64,000 bases of DNA from Candidatus Latescibacterota bacterium (GTDB taxonomy: Bacteria; Latescibacterota; UBA2968; GCA-2709665). Shown here piece by piece: positions 37,739-47,091 of this stretch. Position 1 is the first letter of the stretch. Each line of letters begins with the position of its first letter. The DNA is taken from the NCBI GenBank assembly GCA_965219995.1, contig CBDCOX010000002.1:1408001-1472000 (forward strand), written 5' to 3'. A model generated the notes under the pieces. The model searched no databases. It saw only the letters and a list, made by a program, of their open reading frames with translations, and was not told the origin of the DNA. The translations under genes and the position numbers were made by a program.

Positions 37739-39238
37739 TCAGGAGCCGGGTACCGGATTCTCGTGAAACCAGCCCTTCAGGCTCGGATACAGTTCGCGGT
37801 ACCGGCGAAACCGCTTCTCGTACTCGGCCGCGCGCTCCGCACCGCTCCGGACGGCTTCGCCCAGCTTTACCGAGCGTTCGCAGGCCGCTTCAAAGTCGGG
37901 AAACACGCCCACGCCCACGCCGGCGATCACCGCCGCGCCGAGCGCCGACGCGTCCTGCACCTCCAGCACCCTGACGTCGCGCCCGAACACATCGGCCTGA
38001 ATCTGACGCCATAGCGCGGACCTCGCGCCGCCTTCGCCGATTCGCAGGTCCTCGATGGGCAGCCCGATGTCCTCGAAACACTCCAGAGAGCGCTTCAGAT
38101 CGAATGCCGCGCCCTCCATCAGCGAACGCACCAGATGCGCTTTCGTATGACGCAGCGTCAGACCGATCCAGCCGCCCCGGGCACGCGCGTCGGGGTGGGG
38201 CGTTGCCGATCCCTCCAGCCAGGGAAGGAAGAAGAGCCCTTCGCTGCCCGCGGGGGCATCCTCCGCCTGCCGCGTCAGAGCGGCGACGTCTTCGCCCAAC
38301 TGGTTGCCCAACCAGGCCAGACTCGCCCCGCACGTATACGAACACCCGAGCCAGAAAAAGGCGCCGGGGACCGAGTGACACATCGGCCAGAGCCTGTTGA
38401 ATGCGGCGGGATCCAATCTTTCCGCGAACGCGAGCGCGTGCCCCGCCGTACCGATGCCTACGTTGACAACCCCTGGCCGGATGACGCCGCTGCCCACGGC
38501 GAGACACGAAACGTCGCCGCCGCCCGCGCAGACGGGCGTTTTCGCGGCAAGTCCCATCTCCCGGGAAGCCCGCCCGGTCAGCGTCCCGATCACCTCGGTA
38601 GACTCCGATATGACGGGAAACAGGCTACGGCGCACTTCAAGGGCGTCCAGAATCTCGCCGCTCCAGTCCCTCGATCGAAGGTCCGCGGCCGCGGTTACGG
38701 ACGCGTCCGACACGTCCGACCCGAACGTCCCCGTCATCCGGAACCGCACCCAGTCCTTCGGGATCAGCACGTACCGCGCATCCCGATAGACATCCGGCTC
38801 GTGAGCGCGCACCCACAACACCTTCGCCAGCGTGTTGATGGGATTCATCACGTGCAGGGCACGGATCCGCAGCAGATCGCCCGCGCGTGCGTTTGCCGCG
38901 TCGCATTCCGGCTGCGAGCGCCGGTCGAGCCACAGGATGGGCGCCCGGAGCGGGTTGCCGGCGCCGTCCACGTACACGGCGCCGTTCATATGACCGGACA
39001 GCGATACGCCCCGGACGTCATCCACCGGCCGTCCCTGCTTCCGGAGTTCGTCCGCCACCGCGCGGGTTGTCCTGCAGATCGCCTCCCACCAGTCGGCCGC
39101 GTCCTGCTCCACCCAACCCGGCCGCGGCGTCTGCATGGCGTAACTGGCACTGGCAGTTGCTAATACGTCGCCACTTTCATCCAGTGCGACAGTTTTGGCG
39201 CTGGATGTCCCCAGGTCGATTCCGATTACCAGTGCCAT
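37739..39238 (-). CDS. xylB: Xylulokinase / FGGY carbohydrate kinase
   Basis: GIDLGTS, SGHMNG, ILWLDRR, PKDW, GGGD, EGGARSALWRQIQAD. Confidence 0.85.
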   Translation of the reverse strand: MALVIGIDLGTSSAKTVALDESGDVLATASASYAMQTPRPGWVEQDAADWWEAICRTTRAVADELRKQGRPVDDVRGVSLSGHMNGAVYVDGAGNPLRAPILWLDRRSQPECDAANARAGDLLRIRALHVMNPINTLAKVLWVRAHEPDVYRDARYVLIPKDWVRFRMTGTFGSDVSDASVTAAADLRSRDWSGEILDALEVRRSLFPVISESTEVIGTLTGRASREMGLAAKTPVCAGGGDVSCLAVGSGVIRPGVVNVGIGTAGHALAFAERLDPAAFNRLWPMCHSVPGAFFWLGCSYTCGASLAWLGNQLGEDVAALTRQAEDAPAGSEGLFFLPWLEGSATPHPDARARGGWIGLTLRHTKAHLVRSLMEGAAFDLKRSLECFEDIGLPIEDLRIGEGGARSALWRQIQADVFGRDVRVLEVQDASALGAAVIAGVGVGVFPDFEAACERSVKLGEAVRSGAERAAEYEKRFRRYRELYPSLKGWFHENPVPGS

Positions 39239-39260
39239 ATTGATACACGCATGCCGTCCG

Positions 39261-39288
39261 AAACGTGGTCATTGAGCTTGTCGAAATG
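39261..39288 (+). repeat. REP-like family C copy
   Basis: AAACGTGGTCATTGAGCTTGTCGAAATG, matching 33244-33271 and the inverse of 33324-33342. Confidence 0.7.
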
Positions 39289-39346
39289 CCCGCGTTTCGG
39301 AATGTCCGACAGGCTTTCGGTGCGGCGCCGGTCTTCATCGGCGTGA

Positions 39347-40270
39347 TTACGCGCCCGTCAGGAAACGCCGCGGGTTGTCTTCCAGCAGGTCCCGGATCGC
39401 GCCGTCGGACACGCCTTCGTCCCGGAGCCGGGGAACGAACCGCGTCAACACATAGTCGAGACCCGGACCGCCTCCGTAGCTTCGCCAGTAACTGGGCCGG
39501 CCCAGGTCGTTGCCCAGCAGAATACGATCGCCCAACCCGGCCTCGATCATCCGCTTGAGAATGGAAATGCGCATTTCATCGGGGCCGTATTTCACCTTGC
39601 CCGGGCAGTCGTAACCCAGATAGGCGCCGGTCTCCGCAATGCGCCGGTGCTCCCAGAAATCCGGATTCCTGTCCATATGGCTCAGGCATACATTGTCGGG
39701 ATGTACACCCAGCGCGTCCAGGAGCGCCACCTGATCGTACCCCATGGTTCCGGCTTCCGTGTGGGTCATCACCGGCACCCCCGTTTCCGCGTGCACCTTC
39801 GCCGCGATGCGCATCAGCTTCCTGTCGGCCTCCTGAAACGTATTGTATCCGCTGCCTCCCTTGACGATGCCGGCCTTTACGCCGGTGCCGTCGATCCCTT
39901 TCTCGATGTCCCGGATGCAGCTTCGGATCATTGAATCCTCGTCCTGGTTCAGGATCGCACGGTCGCAGAAATACGGTTTGTTGTATCCCGTGATCACAAC
40001 CACGTGCACGTCCGGCACCCGGTCCGCAATCCGGACGACCTGCCGCACGTTGCGGCCGAAGTCAATCGCCGACATCTCGATCAGCGTCCTGCCGCCCGCG
40101 CGCGCCCAGGAACGAAGCTCGTCGGCCGACCGCTCCACGTCGTTCAGCCGGAAATCTCCATCTTCCCTGAGCAGCCAGTCCGGGGCGTCGAAATAGAGGT
40201 GCTCGTGGTAATCCACAACGCCCAGGTCTTCGCCATCTACCTCCCCCCGGACCGTCATCACCGTGCCCAT
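39347..40270 (-). CDS. Phosphotriesterase-related amidohydrolase
   Basis: MTVRG, HEH, THTEAG, SHMD, LLGND, NPRR. Confidence 0.9.
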   Translation of the reverse strand: MGTVMTVRGEVDGEDLGVVDYHEHLYFDAPDWLLREDGDFRLNDVERSADELRSWARAGGRTLIEMSAIDFGRNVRQVVRIADRVPDVHVVVITGYNKPYFCDRAILNQDEDSMIRSCIRDIEKGIDGTGVKAGIVKGGSGYNTFQEADRKLMRIAAKVHAETGVPVMTHTEAGTMGYDQVALLDALGVHPDNVCLSHMDRNPDFWEHRRIAETGAYLGYDCPGKVKYGPDEMRISILKRMIEAGLGDRILLGNDLGRPSYWRSYGGGPGLDYVLTRFVPRLRDEGVSDGAIRDLLEDNPRRFLTGA

Positions 40271-40279
40271 CTCGCACCC

Positions 40280-41029
40280 CTACTCATGTTCCAGTCCGGA
40301 AAGGAATTCCGTCCACGCCCTCACCATGCGCGCCACACACCCGCGAAACCACCGTTCGCCCTTTTCCGCGGATGCGACCGTGGCATCGCCGAACACTCCC
40401 GACCTTGACAGACTGCCCAGAGGCAGCGTGGACATCTCGTACCCGGCCGACAGCGGCGGATACTCCCGCACGGCCAGGTCCATTCTGACGGATTCGGGCC
40501 TCAGGTAGAGCATCAGGGAGGTTTCAAACTCCTCCGCGTGAAAATTCATCGGCATCCACTGGGGTGACTCCGCGTCCGCCATCACTTCGTCCAGGCCCGG
40601 ATAGAAGACGTTCAATACCTCCATATTCAGTTCGTCGACAAGCTCTCTGGAGGTGAACTTCAACGGAGCCGGATTCGCGCCGTGCCCCGACAGCGTCATC
40701 AGCGCCCGGCAGCCGCTGCGGTGCATGCTGCGCGCCAGGTCCTTCACCACCGCCCTGAAGGTATCGAAGGAGAACGTGAGCGTCCCGGGATAGTCGCGCC
40801 AGCTCCAGGAGTATCCCACGTGCACCGCCGGCAGCACGAGACCCGAACTCTCTTTCGCGACGTCCAGGGCCAGCGCCTTCGCAAGCACCGTGTCCGTATT
40901 CTGGGGCAGGTGGGGTCCGTGCTGCTCGGTTGCCCCAAGAGGCAGAATCGCGAACGGCGTGTCCCGCAGGAAGTCCCTGCACTCCGGCCAGGTCGCCGTT
41001 GCCGCGTCCAGCCAATTCGACTCGCTCAC
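40280..41029 (-). CDS. Creatininase family protein
   Basis: PLGATEQHGPHLP..D, GHGAN, HAEEFETS, SGVFGD. Confidence 0.92.
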   Translation of the reverse strand: MSESNWLDAATATWPECRDFLRDTPFAILPLGATEQHGPHLPQNTDTVLAKALALDVAKESSGLVLPAVHVGYSWSWRDYPGTLTFSFDTFRAVVKDLARSMHRSGCRALMTLSGHGANPAPLKFTSRELVDELNMEVLNVFYPGLDEVMADAESPQWMPMNFHAEEFETSLMLYLRPESVRMDLAVREYPPLSAGYEMSTLPLGSLSRSGVFGDATVASAEKGERWFRGCVARMVRAWTEFLSGLEHE

Positions 41030-41063
41030 GTCAAAATCTCCGGCAGAGAAAAACCATGAAAGC

Positions 41064-41345
41064 GGTGAGACGGGAGACGTTAGACGGTAGAAGACATCAT
41101 TGCCTGGTTGGTTCTACCTCTATGCCTCCGGCAAAAATGAACCCGCACAGGGCAATAAAACCGGGGAGACGGTAGACGTTAGACGGTAGTTGAAGGCGGT
41201 GAGACGGTAGAGGTGAGACGGTAGATGATAACGTTACCACAGTGTTTTCTCGCTAACCGTGCCTGTTTCTTTACCGACTATGGTAACGACGAGAAAAACC
41301 GTAGGGCACTCATGTCATCTCACGTCTCCCGTCTCCCGTCTCACC
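41064..41345. repeat. Intergenic element of 7-bp tandem units (AGACGG[TG]) with terminal inverted repeats
   Basis: GGTGAGACGGGAGACG (41064-41079) is the perfect inverse of 41330-41345; further AGACGGT/AGACGTT heptamer runs at about 41167-41225. Confidence 0.8.
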
Positions 41346-41353
41346 ATGTTTTG

Positions 41354-42136
41354 TCAGGCTTTATATAGACTTTCAGTCGGAATATCCGTGATCAGGGCGT
41401 GCCCGGGCGTGTAGGAGAGCGCGAGCGGTAGCCGGGCCTGCCGGGCCGCCAGGCTCGGCGTCACGCCGCATGCCCAGTAGAGGCGGTCCGTGCCCTCGGG
41501 GACCTGTATCGCATTCCCCGAAATCGTCGTGTCGAGCTCCGGAATCCCCAGTTCCCGGCCGTTATTCCTGCCCAGCGGCGCTCCGTGGCACTCCGGAAAG
41601 TGGCTGGTATATTCCCATACGTCGTTGCAGCGATCCGGAAGAAAGCTGCGCATGGTCACCGCCATCTTGCTCCGGAACCTGCCCACCGGTTCGCAGTCCA
41701 GGTCCGTCAGCTGAATACACGGCCCGAACGCCGGTTCGTACCCCTTTTCGACCAGAAGCCCGTCGAACGACACGCTGGAACCGATCAGAAACGTGACCAT
41801 GCGCCCGGAAAAGAGGTCGGCCACGTCACGACGCTGCTCGACCACCTCTCCCTCCCGGATCACGTCGTACGAGCCCAGATCGGTGCGGATGTCGAGCGCG
41901 CGCGCAAAATCCGGACAATCGGTCTGACCCGCGGGCATCACGGCCAGCAGCGGACAGGGTTTGGGGTTCGCCCTGCAGAATCCCTCGAACTCCGTGGCGT
42001 AGTCCTGATCCATCATGACCACATTTACGCACAGATACCCCGATAGCGCGCGGGATGCCACGGTCTTCAGGGCATTCCTGCGGCACGCGAGGCGCACCTC
42101 CAGCGGAGATCGAAATATTACGGGATCGGCCAACAC
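41354..42136 (-). CDS. DUF1445 / D-glutamate cyclase-like putative hydro-lyase
   Basis: FCRANPKPCPLL, DIRTD, MAVTMR, HGAP, WACGVTP, PGH; GTG start 42136. Confidence 0.82.
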   Translation of the reverse strand: MLADPVIFRSPLEVRLACRRNALKTVASRALSGYLCVNVVMMDQDYATEFEGFCRANPKPCPLLAVMPAGQTDCPDFARALDIRTDLGSYDVIREGEVVEQRRDVADLFSGRMVTFLIGSSVSFDGLLVEKGYEPAFGPCIQLTDLDCEPVGRFRSKMAVTMRSFLPDRCNDVWEYTSHFPECHGAPLGRNNGRELGIPELDTTISGNAIQVPEGTDRLYWACGVTPSLAARQARLPLALSYTPGHALITDIPTESLYKA

Positions 42137-42143
42137 GCTTCCC

Positions 42144-43427
42144 CTATAGAAGCTGTTGATGCTGAAGCACGACCTTCCTGAACGCCGCCGCGAACTGATC
42201 GATGAACCCGTCCGCGGCCTGGATATGCCCCGGATAGGACAGCACGCGCCCGCGGATCGCTTCCGAAACCGGGAAATCTCCCTCGCGATAGCGGGGCAGG
42301 GGCATGTTTGCCGGTCCATCGTGACCCGCTCCCCAGAGACCGGGCAGGTCCTTCGTATAGATGGACCTGAGATGTTCCATGTGCCCCACGCCCGGGCCGT
42401 TCAGCGGCGCGCCCTCGGCCCGCATGGCCTCCACGAACCGGGACGCGGGCAACCCGCCCAGCGCCTCCGGTTCGTAGATGAACTTGATCCCGCCGTAGAG
42501 CTCCACGCCCCGGGCTTTCCTGTAGTTGCAGACCGGCCGGATGCCCGGGAGCCCCTCGATTCTTCGGAACAGGGCCTCCCGGTTGGCCTCGAACCGGTCC
42601 AGGCGTTCGGGAAGGTGCTCGAGGGAAACCAGGCCGATTGCCATAGCCAGCGGATGCGGCCGCCATTTCCATCCGAGGAGCTGAGGATCCAATTCGCGGT
42701 AGACCGGATTCGTGAGTTCCTGCACCGCGCCCGGCCGGTGGAGGTGGCAGTAGATCAACGCGCGTTCGTACAGCTCGCGGTCGTTCGTGGCCACGATGCC
42801 AGCCTCGCCGCCCGCGACGGGCTTGCCCCCGGGCGTCGAGCCCTGCATGCTGAAACACGCGATATGCCCCAGGTTTCCGATTTTCACGCCGCCCCACTCG
42901 CTGCCGTGCGCGTGAGCCGCATCCTCAACGACCACGAGGTCATGGGCGTCCGCCAGGTCCAGCAGCCGGTCCATGTCGCACACCCGACCGCAGGAATGGA
43001 TCGGTGATATCACACGGGTCCTGTCCGTGATGCGTCCCGCCGCGTCGTCCGGGTCCATCAGCAGCGTCTCCGGATCGATCTCGCAGAATACCGGTGTGGC
43101 GCCCATATGCAGCGCGCCGGCGTAGCTGCCGATGTAACCGACCGAGGGTGTGATGAATTCATCGCCGGCACCCAGCCCCGCGGCGAAGAATCCGCTGGCC
43201 AGCGCGGTATGCCCGTGGGAGGTCGTCAGCACGTACCTGCAACCGACGTACTCCGCGAAGCGTTCTTCGAATTCTTTCGGAACCCCCGATCCCGACCCGG
43301 AGAGATATCCTTCGTCGATCAGAGCGCAAACCGCTGCTTTCTCCGCTTCAACAGGACGCCGCCATTGCTCTCCGCTCTCGGCCGCAATGGCCTTGTCTCC
43401 ACCAAGAATCGCCAGTTCCCCGGCCAT
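42144..43427 (-). CDS. DegT/DnrJ family PLP aminotransferase (divergent)
   Basis: EDAAHAHG, FSMQG...KPVAGGEAG. Confidence 0.88.
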   Translation of the reverse strand: MAGELAILGGDKAIAAESGEQWRRPVEAEKAAVCALIDEGYLSGSGSGVPKEFEERFAEYVGCRYVLTTSHGHTALASGFFAAGLGAGDEFITPSVGYIGSYAGALHMGATPVFCEIDPETLLMDPDDAAGRITDRTRVISPIHSCGRVCDMDRLLDLADAHDLVVVEDAAHAHGSEWGGVKIGNLGHIACFSMQGSTPGGKPVAGGEAGIVATNDRELYERALIYCHLHRPGAVQELTNPVYRELDPQLLGWKWRPHPLAMAIGLVSLEHLPERLDRFEANREALFRRIEGLPGIRPVCNYRKARGVELYGGIKFIYEPEALGGLPASRFVEAMRAEGAPLNGPGVGHMEHLRSIYTKDLPGLWGAGHDGPANMPLPRYREGDFPVSEAIRGRVLSYPGHIQAADGFIDQFAAAFRKVVLQHQQLL

Positions 43428-43539
43428 CCGAAGTCTCCTCGCTCTCAGATTACGAACCCCGCGCCGAAGCTTGCTTCGGGCGGGGCCCGGTGTCCTGTCT
43501 CAACGGTCACGCTCGACGCCAGTCCTGCACGGCGACACC

Positions 43540-44388
43540 TCACGGCACGACGGCCGCCTCACCAGCGTTTTCACGGATCCAGTGCTTGAGGGGCACGTCC
43601 GCATCGGTCGGCGACGTATACCCCATTCCTCCCGTTGCCGCGCCCAGCAACTGGCGCTGGATGGGGTCGCACCGGTCCATGTAATGGTCAACCGTCATAT
43701 TGTCCCTCGGCCGCAACCAGCGGTAACTGTATCCGTAGAACAACACTTTCCGCGTCACCTCCGAATGATTCCTCCCGGCCGCGTGCCAGAGGCGGCGATC
43801 GAAAAATACCGCCGTGCCCGCCGGCACCCGTACCGGCGTGGCGTCGGGCGGATCCGACGCACCGTCTTCAGGAAAGCTCAGGCGATTCTTCAGATGACTT
43901 CCCGGCACAATGTGGAAATTGCCCCGATCCGGTTCCGTCGTATCGGTCAGGAAATAGCCGACCTTGAGCGAAACCCGCGGCCGGGGCGCGGCGTCCAGTT
44001 CGATGTTCAGGCGCCCGCTGTCCTGGTGCCAGCCCAGGCGCCATTCTCTTGTCCGTTCCTCTACCGGCTCGGGCGGGGTGACAATCAGGTGTGAGTGGTA
44101 GAGCTGAATATTCCAACCCAGGATACCCCAGACCTTCGGAAACGTGACGGGCCAATCCAGCAATGCCATAAACTCATCGTCGGCGCCTACGAAATCCGTC
44201 ATATTCATACGCGCGTGAGGACCCAGGCCGTTCTCGGCAAGATAGTTCTCGTACAACCCATCGACAACCCGGCCCAGCGCGGAGACCCGCTCGGGAGGAA
44301 TTGCAGCTTCAATGATCAGGAAGCCGTCGCGTTCGAACTTCGACTTCTCTTCGCGGGTCAATCCATTCTCAAGACATGCGGCATCCAT
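43540..44388 (-). CDS. PhyH family dioxygenase
   Basis: FERDGF, GWHQDSG, VPGSH, FDRRLWHA. Confidence 0.9.
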   Translation of the reverse strand: MDAACLENGLTREEKSKFERDGFLIIEAAIPPERVSALGRVVDGLYENYLAENGLGPHARMNMTDFVGADDEFMALLDWPVTFPKVWGILGWNIQLYHSHLIVTPPEPVEERTREWRLGWHQDSGRLNIELDAAPRPRVSLKVGYFLTDTTEPDRGNFHIVPGSHLKNRLSFPEDGASDPPDATPVRVPAGTAVFFDRRLWHAAGRNHSEVTRKVLFYGYSYRWLRPRDNMTVDHYMDRCDPIQRQLLGAATGGMGYTSPTDADVPLKHWIRENAGEAAVVP

Positions 44389-44457
44389 CGGTCTCCCTCC
44401 TGGAAGATTCGGATCGCTTCTTTGCCGGTTGATCACATCAACCGTGCCCCGCAGCCG

Positions 44458-45756
44458 TCAGAGCGTGGAACCCAACCCCACGGTTTCAGGGCTGTCAAGT
44501 CGATGCAGCCCGTTCGCGGGCTGGAAAATTCCCGCCAGGCGCGGCAGCCATTCGGCGTTGGCGTCGGGTGTATATTGAGGGGAGTTGATTTCCACGCCGT
44601 TGACCATCGGCACGTGCGACGCGAACAGCGCCGCGTGAATGGCCGATAGCCCGGGATTCGTCAGGTCCTGAAGCGCGAGCCGCATGCCGTTCTCGCGCGC
44701 CCACGCGGCAGCCACCAGCGCGAAACTGTGGCCCTTGCAGGTCTTCAGAGCCAGTCCGCTCCAACCCTGACGTTTCGCTTCCTCGAGCAGACTCAAGCTC
44801 GTGAGACCCTCATCCAGAAACACCGGCTTCAGCCGTGTCACCGCCCGCCAGTCCTGGGGATGCAGCAGGATGTCCCGGCCCGTGGGCTGTTCCAGGTACT
44901 TCAGCGCCCGAAAAGCCCCGCCGTCCACCGCCCTGAGACGCACCAGATAGTCCAGCACGCTCTCCGCGTCCGGATTGGCTTCGTTGCTGTCGACCGTCAG
45001 CGCCGGGTCGGTAACGCCATGCCCGCGCGCGGCCCGGTACACCTCGACGGTCCTGGCCGCGTCGGCGGCATTGTCCCTCCCCATTATTTTCAGTTTGAAA
45101 CAGCGGTAGCCGCGTTTGCTGATGACCCGCTTCAGTTCGGTCTCCAGCTCGTCGGAACTCCCCACGACCCACCAGGCGGGCAACCGGGACCGGGGTGGTT
45201 GAAACAGACGCTGAATCGCCGCGCAGCCGCCGCCGCCGGAAAAGAAACCGTCGACGTCCGGAAACGACGTGTCGCCGGCGTAGAAACCGAACGCGGACAC
45301 GCCGGCCGCAATGCCGACAGCATCGTGGATGGCGGCGTCGAAGGGACTGGCGCACATCGCGCGCGCGAGAATCGGAGGCGATGGTTCACTCGCAACAGCC
45401 TCGTGGAGCCGCATCCCGAGAGCCAGCGGATGCGCGGGCACGCCGCCGCAGCGCGCGTACAGTTCCCCGGCGATACGCTTGCAGAAACCGCGCAGCGCTT
45501 CGTCCCGAAACTCGTGCGTCAACTCAGGGTCCGGCCAGGCCCAGACGTCGCTGAGATAGATGGATCCCCTGCCCCGGGCGTCGCGCCCGGCCACGCGAAC
45601 CGTGACGGCGGCGAGGGCTTCCGTGAGTTCCGTAATCGTTCCGGAACTCAGATGGAGCGGGGTCTTCAGCTTCCTGGGAATGAACGCGACGTCCGCGTCC
45701 ACGATCTCAGTCTTCAAGTCCATACCGGACCGGGAGGCGACGGCGACGTTCTTCAT
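44458..45756 (-). CDS. Mandelate racemase/muconate lactonizing (enolase superfamily) protein
   Basis: FKLK, DSNE, EQP, DEG and ALKTCKG metal/catalytic motifs. Confidence 0.85.
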   Translation of the reverse strand: MKNVAVASRSGMDLKTEIVDADVAFIPRKLKTPLHLSSGTITELTEALAAVTVRVAGRDARGRGSIYLSDVWAWPDPELTHEFRDEALRGFCKRIAGELYARCGGVPAHPLALGMRLHEAVASEPSPPILARAMCASPFDAAIHDAVGIAAGVSAFGFYAGDTSFPDVDGFFSGGGGCAAIQRLFQPPRSRLPAWWVVGSSDELETELKRVISKRGYRCFKLKIMGRDNAADAARTVEVYRAARGHGVTDPALTVDSNEANPDAESVLDYLVRLRAVDGGAFRALKYLEQPTGRDILLHPQDWRAVTRLKPVFLDEGLTSLSLLEEAKRQGWSGLALKTCKGHSFALVAAAWARENGMRLALQDLTNPGLSAIHAALFASHVPMVNGVEINSPQYTPDANAEWLPRLAGIFQPANGLHRLDSPETVGLGSTL

Positions 45757-46745
45757 TCAAATTCCGACACAAGCACTGCCTCGTCCCGCTCCGCACTCTG
45801 CTTGGCCGCTTCGATGACGGCCATCGTATGCCGCACGGACCGTCCGCTGGCATCGGGGGTACCGCCGTTCAGACAGCAGTCGGCGAACTCGCGTATCTGA
45901 TTCCCCATTCCACTGCTCGCGTCGTCGATCACCACTTCCTCTCCGTTGAGCAACAGGCGACCGTGGGTGAACATCATCGATCCCAGGCTGCCCATGATAA
46001 ACTGGTCGTGCTGCCCGGAGTGGCAGACGACCGACTGCGACAGCACGCTCACCGCGCCATTGGCATGGTTCATTACGGCTGTATAGGAGTCCTTCTGTCC
46101 ACGGTAGCGGTCCGTACTCTCAGATCCCTGGGCGAAGACCCTGACAACCGGCGAATCCATGTACCAGTGGAGTATATCATACTCGTGAGGTCCGAAACAA
46201 TACAGTACGCAGATGCCACCGGCTTCCAGATCCAGATACCAATGGGTATCCTTTCCCGGAGCGGGCGCGGGATTGAAGTTGCCCAGCCGGCGCCGGAGCA
46301 GGTGCCCCACCTGGCCGATCACGCCGTCGGCGATGAGCTGCCTGACTTTGCGGCTGACGGGATAGTAGCGCATCACCTGGCCGACCATCAGGACGCGGTC
46401 CGCCTTTTCACACGCCGCGATCATCCGGTCGCATTCGTCGAGCGTGAGCGCCATGGGCTTTTCCACGAGGACGTGTTTGCCGGCTTCAGCGGCGGCAACC
46501 ACCTGCGCGCCGTGCTGGTTATGCGGCGTGCACACGTGGACGGCCTCGACCTCAGGGTCGTTCAGCATGGCATCCAGGTCGGTATAAGACCTCGCGCCGA
46601 ATTCGGCCGCGGCCGCCTCCGCCGGTTCCGTGTAAATGTCCATCACCGCCGCCGTTCTGATGTTTTCTGTTTCCGCGATGGCGCGCATATGCGACCGCGC
46701 GATACCGCCCGCGCCGACCATGCCTACGGATAACACGTCGCCCAT
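45753..46745 (-). CDS. Gfo/Idh/MocA oxidoreductase
   Basis: GAGGIA, CTP..H, GKHVLVEKPMA; start ATG 46745. Confidence 0.92.
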   Translation of the reverse strand: MGDVLSVGMVGAGGIARSHMRAIAETENIRTAAVMDIYTEPAEAAAAEFGARSYTDLDAMLNDPEVEAVHVCTPHNQHGAQVVAAAEAGKHVLVEKPMALTLDECDRMIAACEKADRVLMVGQVMRYYPVSRKVRQLIADGVIGQVGHLLRRRLGNFNPAPAPGKDTHWYLDLEAGGICVLYCFGPHEYDILHWYMDSPVVRVFAQGSESTDRYRGQKDSYTAVMNHANGAVSVLSQSVVCHSGQHDQFIMGSLGSMMFTHGRLLLNGEEVVIDDASSGMGNQIREFADCCLNGGTPDASGRSVRHTMAVIEAAKQSAERDEAVLVSEFE

Positions 46746-47038
46746 TTCGTATCTCCCCAATCGCTTGAACAGCGTTCTGCGGTTTTCAAAACATACGGAA
46801 GTTCGGCATCCTTGATGACGGGTCGATGACAACCCTCTCGTTCTGACGTCCAAACCTGTGGAGAGTCGTGGATTTACACGACAGATAATTGTCTTTAAAA
46901 AAGTTGAACCTTACAGAATCAACAGAGAGACAACAATCGTAAGATCGGTATGGTCAGCGCGGTGTCATACGGGCTATGGACGCCTTGTTTATCGACAAAA
47001 CGCGGGATCCGGAATATACGTTCCGCTTGCGGGATTTT

Positions 47039-47064
47039 ATCCTGTCTATCCTGTCCATCCATGT
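47039..47064 (-). repeat. Family A repeat copy
   Basis: Reverse complement ACATGGATGGACAGGATAGACAGGAT, 27 bp downstream of the stop at 47092. Confidence 0.75.
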
Positions 47065-47091
47065 TAATCTTCGGCACATGATCTAATTTGA

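Noticed and set aside
41064-41345. Heptamer array as CRISPR or a coding VNTR
   Set aside because: No repeat-spacer periodicity and no ORF spanning it
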